Assembly: GCF_014698145.1 (NCBI RefSeq)
Contig: NZ_JACJSM010000001.1
Coordinates: 344,633-408,632 of the forward strand
Source: Oscillatoria sp. FACHB-1406
GTDB taxonomy: Bacteria; Cyanobacteriota; Cyanobacteriia; Cyanobacteriales; Spirulinaceae
Reading direction: 5' to 3'
DNA: 64,000 bases
Positions 59,760-64,000 of the stretch are shown in pieces. Position numbers and translations under genes: made by a program. The notes beneath the pieces were generated by a model that was given only the letters and a program-made list of their open reading frames with translations, had not been told where the DNA came from and did not search any database. Positions within the stretch are counted from its first letter, which is position 1, and the number at the start of each line of letters is the position of its first letter.

Positions 59760-60656
59760 TCAATCTTTTTGCTTTTCGATCGCGCGACGAATCAAAATAA
59801 TCGCTCCTCGTACAGAATTGTACTTCGCGGGGATGAGACGCGATCGCAACGTTTCTGAGAGCAAAGGTTCGAGAAACGGCGAAACGCCCCCTAATAAGCT
59901 GCACGGTAAAATTTGGCTTCCTTTATTCGCTAAAGCTGCCCCAATTTTATCGATTTCTGCCGCTGCTTGGGTCATTAACGCGATCGCGCGGGAATCTCCT
60001 TCTTTGGCTTGTTGGATGACGAACGGCGCGATTTGGGCGAAGTGGGATGATTGCGCTCGATTCGCCCATAGCAACATTCGACTAAAATCGCGATCGAAAT
60101 GGGCAAAAACCGCCTCCACCAGCGGCGATGCGGGAATCCTCCCATCTTGCCATTGCAGGGTTAATCGTATCGCTTCCAATCCCAGCCAAGCGCCGCTTCC
60201 CTCGTCGCCTTGGGGAAAACCCCACCCGCCGATGCGCCAAACTTGTTCTCCTTCGATGCGATAAGCGATAACGCCAGTTCCAATCGAAATTACCTCGCCA
60301 TCTTCGCCGTCATGCGCGCCGAGACAAGAAGTGTAACCGTCGGATTCTACAACGAGTTGAGTAAAGGGATGGGGCCAATCCAAAAATCGCTGGCGCGCGT
60401 CGGGAACCTGCGTTCCAGCCAGTCCGCAACCGACATAATAATCATACGAGTCGGGATCGAGGGGTAAATTCGCCTGTCGTAAGGCTTGCCCCAACGCTCC
60501 TAAGATCGATTCCCACGTCATTTCCACCGACAAGCGGACGTTAGCAGTGCCGCTTTTGCCCTCGCCTAAGAGGTTGCCTCGGCTATCTTCCAGCCGTACT
60601 AAGGTTTTGGTTCCGCCGCCATCTACGCCGATAAAGAGGTTGGGTTTTTCCGTCAC
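59760..60656 (-). CDS. BadF/BadG/BcrA/BcrD-type ATPase (N-acetylglucosamine kinase-like)
   Basis: IGVDGGGTKT N-terminal phosphate-1 motif. 298 aa. It overlaps the upstream esterase gene by 4 nt. Confidence 0.6.
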   Translation of the reverse strand: MTEKPNLFIGVDGGGTKTLVRLEDSRGNLLGEGKSGTANVRLSVEMTWESILGALGQALRQANLPLDPDSYDYYVGCGLAGTQVPDARQRFLDWPHPFTQLVVESDGYTSCLGAHDGEDGEVISIGTGVIAYRIEGEQVWRIGGWGFPQGDEGSGAWLGLEAIRLTLQWQDGRIPASPLVEAVFAHFDRDFSRMLLWANRAQSSHFAQIAPFVIQQAKEGDSRAIALMTQAAAEIDKIGAALANKGSQILPCSLLGGVSPFLEPLLSETLRSRLIPAKYNSVRGAIILIRRAIEKQKD

Positions 60657-61636
60657 GGTTGCTCTAAAATTTGCTGTCGGATGAAATGTTGCGATCGCGC
60701 CGTTGCCGTTTTCGCCAGCGCGAGTGGTTGCAGGGTAAAGCCGTGCGTCAGTTCTGGGTACAGCGCGACTTCTGCCGAACTTCCCGCCGCCGCCCAGCGC
60801 GATGCCATAAACAGCGTATCATCCAAAAGAATATCGCTGCGGCTGGCCGTCAAAAATGCGGGCGGCATTCCCCGTAAATCGGCATAAAGCGGCGAATATT
60901 GCGGTTCTCGCCGCGATGCGATCGCAACTTCGGGTAAAAAGCAGTTGATGTACCATTGCATCGCTTCGGGCGTAAGATCGAACTCTCGCGCCGGATTGCC
61001 CCGCCGACAGCTTGGCGTTCCTCCGAGGTCGTAAATGCCGTAAATTAAGTTAGCAGCCTTAAAAGGGAGCAGATTGTAGCGATCGCGCAGTTGCAATAGC
61101 GTCATTACTGCTAAATAAGCACCAGCAGATTCACCGCCAATTGTCAAGCAATTCGTCCCAAATTCCGCGATCGCATTATCCGCCAGCCACAACGCCGCAT
61201 TAACGCAATCTTCCACCGCCGCCGGATAAGGATATTCCGGCGCGAGGCGATAATCGACGCTTACTGTAGCCACCTTCGCCGCTTGTGCCATCTCCCAATT
61301 CAAACGCTCTCCGAGGGTGGCATCGCCCAGAACCCAACCGCCGCCGTGAATATCGAGATACACTCCTCGCACTTCCGACGGTATTAAAACGCGCAAATTG
61401 AGCTCGCCGTCGGGAGTCGAAATTCGCCGCGTTTCGCCGACTGGGAGCGGTTTGGAAACAACTGGTGCTTTCCGCAACGCTTCTCGCATCGCGCCAGCAC
61501 GCTCTTGGCGATCGGTGGGTAAAGCAGGGATTTTTTGTGCCGCTCGTTCTAACAACTGATTGTAAGTGCGGACTTCCTGAATTTCGACCGCCGTCGGTTG
61601 TACGACAGAGATTTGTAAAGGAAAACAAGAAGTCAT
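60653..61636 (-). CDS. Alpha/beta-hydrolase fold esterase/lipase (HSL-like). Probable start at Met 61636; the track extends to 61666.
   Basis: HGGGW oxyanion motif and GESAGA nucleophile elbow. Confidence 0.7.
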   Translation of the reverse strand: MTSCFPLQISVVQPTAVEIQEVRTYNQLLERAAQKIPALPTDRQERAGAMREALRKAPVVSKPLPVGETRRISTPDGELNLRVLIPSEVRGVYLDIHGGGWVLGDATLGERLNWEMAQAAKVATVSVDYRLAPEYPYPAAVEDCVNAALWLADNAIAEFGTNCLTIGGESAGAYLAVMTLLQLRDRYNLLPFKAANLIYGIYDLGGTPSCRRGNPAREFDLTPEAMQWYINCFLPEVAIASRREPQYSPLYADLRGMPPAFLTASRSDILLDDTLFMASRWAAAGSSAEVALYPELTHGFTLQPLALAKTATARSQHFIRQQILEQP

Positions 61637-61849
61637 CTCAAATGCTCCTCTCTGCTTTACAATCAACGGCAGGCGGGCAGCGAAATTGAAAATTTTTGCA
61701 CGACTGCAATTTTTCTTTCTCCAAAAGTTTATGATGGGCGCAAGCCTAGCATACGCTAGAATGAAGGGGAAATTAGCCCCGTGCGGACTGTTCGGTTTAA
61801 GGCTTAAAGCAAGCGCGATCGCGGTGTCTTCTCGTTAAATCTTGGAGGA

Positions 61850-62836
61850 TTGGCAATGCAGAAAACCTTATATATTCCATTGCTGGCAATGTTAACTTTT
61901 ACATTGTCCGGTTGCGAGAATTTGCCATTTTTTGGCGGTGGAGAGGATGAAACCGCCAGCGAACCAGCCGCAGTCCAATCCGTTCCCGTCAAGCCGAAAG
62001 CTCAGACCGCTACCCAGAAAGCCGCAGCCCAAGCACCGCAAAAGACCGTCGTTGTCTCCCAGCCGAACGTTGCTGCCGGTTTGATTGCTTCGACCGATCC
62101 CAACAAGCGCGAAGACGATATTAAACCCCGCAATTCAGACCCTTTTTCCGCTTTTCCGGCGCGCGCGACCATCAAACAGGCTCCAGGCGGCGTAGAAGCT
62201 AAAAAAGCTAAGCCAACGCCCAAACGATCCGTTCCTTCCCTCCCGCCCCTCCCGCCCATCGAAAGACCCGCTCGTTTTCCGGGACTGCCGCGCTTCCTGC
62301 GCCCGCCCGTTCCCGTCCCCGCTCCTGGAGGAGGAGGTTCGCAACAGGCAAAAGCAACCGAACAGAAGGTTCAAGGGCGCTCGGTTCCAGAACTGCCTAA
62401 CTTACCGCCGATTGAGAAACCGCCTTCTGCCGGTTCGAGTGGAAGAGCGGGCGGTTCGAGCGGCGCTCCCGGTTCGCCCAACTTTAACCCTCCTCAACTG
62501 CCTAAAGCGCCCGACCCGACGAATGCTAAAGCCGTGAAGGTAACGGGAGTCATTGAAATTCGCGGCGTTCCCCACGCGATCGTTCAAGCTGCCGGACAAG
62601 AATCGCGCTACGTTAAAGCCGGGGATTATTTGGCGAACGGACAGGTTTTAGTGAAGCGGATTATTACCAACAAAGGCGGCAGTCCGGTTGTCATTTTAGA
62701 AGAAAAAGGCGTTGAAGTCGCTCGGCGCGTTGGCGAAGGTGGCGAGACAGCCGCAGCCCCCACTTCTTCCTCTGGCGGTTCGCCGGAAGCGGCCCCGCAA
62801 TCGACTCCCTCCCCGAATGGAGCTTCTGAGGGATAG
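61850..62836 (+). CDS. Pro/Ala/Gly-rich lipoprotein (signal peptide with LSGC lipobox)
   Basis: LLAMLTFTLSGC precedes a low-complexity region. Conserved C-terminal ~100 aa. Confidence 0.45.
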   Translation: MAMQKTLYIPLLAMLTFTLSGCENLPFFGGGEDETASEPAAVQSVPVKPKAQTATQKAAAQAPQKTVVVSQPNVAAGLIASTDPNKREDDIKPRNSDPFSAFPARATIKQAPGGVEAKKAKPTPKRSVPSLPPLPPIERPARFPGLPRFLRPPVPVPAPGGGGSQQAKATEQKVQGRSVPELPNLPPIEKPPSAGSSGRAGGSSGAPGSPNFNPPQLPKAPDPTNAKAVKVTGVIEIRGVPHAIVQAAGQESRYVKAGDYLANGQVLVKRIITNKGGSPVVILEEKGVEVARRVGEGGETAAAPTSSSGGSPEAAPQSTPSPNGASEG

Positions 62837-62846
62837 GCGCGCTGAG

Positions 62847-63110
62847 ATGCAACAAGAACGAATTTGCTGTCCGGGTTTGCCTTTAGCGGTGTATCGAGAA
62901 GTCGCCGCTCATCTGCGTCAAGTAAGTGGGGTTGAAGTTGAGTCGATCGCGCGCGTGCCAACCGAGTTCGACTACCATCAAAGTCAGGTGGATTCTTTGG
63001 TGCTGCGCTATCCCGACGCAGAAGGGCAGCGCGATCGCATTGATGCAATTTTAGGGTACTACGCGCAACGTCATAGTCCCTGGCAGCGGCGGATAATGGA
63101 TAATGGATAA
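62847..63110 (+). CDS. Small hypothetical protein, 87 aa, from the internal ATG of track ORF 62712..63110
   Basis: The ATG sits just after the upstream stop; the 5' part of the track ORF overlaps the previous gene. Confidence 0.3.
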   Translation: MQQERICCPGLPLAVYREVAAHLRQVSGVEVESIARVPTEFDYHQSQVDSLVLRYPDAEGQRDRIDAILGYYAQRHSPWQRRIMDNG

Positions 63111-63135
63111 TTGATAATTGATAATTGATAATGGA
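63094..63135. repeat. Heptanucleotide tandem repeat (GGATAAT/TGATAAT)x5
   Basis: ggataatggataatggataattgataattgataattgataatgga. Confidence 0.7.
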
Positions 63136-63182
63136 TCGGGATATTAAACTCAAACAATCTCATCGAGATATCCCAAAAATCT

Positions 63183-63350
63183 TTCCCCCCGTCACCCCCT
63201 CCCCCCGTCACCCCTCATTATTCACCACTCACCATTCATAATTCACCATTCCCCCCTCACCCCTCATTATTCATTACTCACCACTCACCATTCATAATTC
63301 ATCACTCATCATTCATAATTCACCATTCCCCCCCTCTCCCCTCTCGCACG
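63183..63350. repeat. ~50-bp tandem repeat (about 2.5 copies) built from CATTCATAATTCACCATTCCCCCCTCACCCCTCATTATT units. Inverted member of the STRR-like family seen at 1668-1738 and 33886-33996.
   Basis: Read directly. Its reverse complement matches GAATGATGAATTACGAATTGTGAGTGATGAATGG. Confidence 0.65.
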
Positions 63351-63405
63351 CGCTCCCGACTGCGATAAACTAAACGAGTCTTGCCGATCGCGATGCTTTT
63401 CTACC

Positions 63406-63849
63406 ATGTCATCTTCTGAAATTCCCGCCAAACTTTCTACCCTCGTCGCACGCTTCAAACGCCATAGCGATCCCAAACTTCGCTATCAACAACTCCTCAG
63501 TTACGCAAAAAAACTGCAACCCCTGCCTGAAGAGGATAAAGTTCCAGAAAATAAGGTTAAGGGTTGCGTCTCCCAAGTCTATATTTCGGCGCGTATCGAA
63601 GATGGAAAAGTTGTGTATTCTGGCGATTCAGATGCACAACTCGTTAAAGGATTAGTCGCCTTTTTAATTGAAGGACTCAACGGTTTAACGCCCGAGGAAA
63701 TCCTGAAAGTTAGTCCCGATTTTATTGCTGAAACAGGGCTAAATGCAAGTTTAACGCCTTCGCGCGCTAACGGTTTTTATAACACTTTTCAAATGATGAA
63801 ACAGAAGGCGCTTAATTTTCAAGTGGCAACGACTACAGAACAGAATTAA
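63406..63849 (+). CDS. sufE: SufE-family cysteine desulfuration protein
   Basis: 147 aa with the KGCVSQV active-site Cys motif. Confidence 0.75.
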   Translation: MSSSEIPAKLSTLVARFKRHSDPKLRYQQLLSYAKKLQPLPEEDKVPENKVKGCVSQVYISARIEDGKVVYSGDSDAQLVKGLVAFLIEGLNGLTPEEILKVSPDFIAETGLNASLTPSRANGFYNTFQMMKQKALNFQVATTTEQN

Positions 63850-63885
63850 AGCTAGGGGAAGCCTTCGAGCCTTTTACAGCTTGAA

Positions 63886-64000
63886 TTAGTTGCGATTAAC
63901 TGCCAAATCGAGACGTTTTTGGGAGGCGGTTAATGCTTCTCGCGGCGGCGTTCCGAGTAAGGTTGCCTCGATCGCGCGTCCCAAGTTATCCGATAATCTG
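63886..64000 (-). CDS. C-terminal fragment of an unidentified gene continuing beyond the right edge
   Basis: Open minus-strand frame …RLSDNLGRAIEATLLGTPPREALTASQKRLDLAVNRN* ending at TAA (63886-63888). Confidence 0.25.
   Translation of the reverse strand, partial: RLSDNLGRAIEATLLGTPPREALTASQKRLDLAVNRN

Noticed and set aside
1-64000. CRISPR arrays, rRNA and tRNA genes
   Set aside because: No direct-repeat/spacer periodicity of 28-37 bp was found. No rRNA-like conserved stretches and no GTTCGAATC-type T-loop contexts were seen in intergenic regions by eye. A tRNAscan run would be definitive.

Overview
Cyanobacterial chromosomal segment, shown by the dense scatter of the HIP1 octamer GCGATCGC throughout. 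Most of the window is conserved housekeeping and signal-transduction content: the rimP-nusA-ylxR-infB operon, thiS-thiE, sufE, an inositol monophosphatase, a putative cruF-cruG myxoxanthophyll pair, a Kef-type K+/H+ antiporter, an ABC exporter, an aldo/keto reductase, and a two-component cluster (multi-PAS histidine kinase, REC-histidine kinase hybrid, divergent LuxR response regulator). There is also a 4-Cys Ser/Thr kinase and a partial CO2-hydration chpX/chpY-like gene at the left edge.

Accessory and unusual content:
- An AT-rich, HIP1-free ~1.3 kb insertion at 18.6-19.9 kb carries an HNH-like gene plus a truncated IS transposase.
- An unlisted 55-aa SmtA-type metallothionein gene lies at 23.5 kb.
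- A higB/higA toxin-antitoxin pair has its toxin gene split by a ~96-bp MITE-like insert.
- A translationally coupled Tat-metallophosphoesterase and bacterial-type PARG (macrodomain) pair sits at 16.8-18.6 kb.
- A lower-GC ~13 kb block (46.8-59.7 kb) holds a large FAD amine oxidase followed by two tandem giant paralogs with Ser/Thr-kinase, AAA ATPase, GAF and PP2C domains.
- A dispersed family of STRR-like heptanucleotide tandem repeats sits almost exclusively in 5' leader regions.

No rRNA, tRNA or CRISPR array was recognised. All coordinates for non-ORF features are read by eye and may be off by 1-2 nt.
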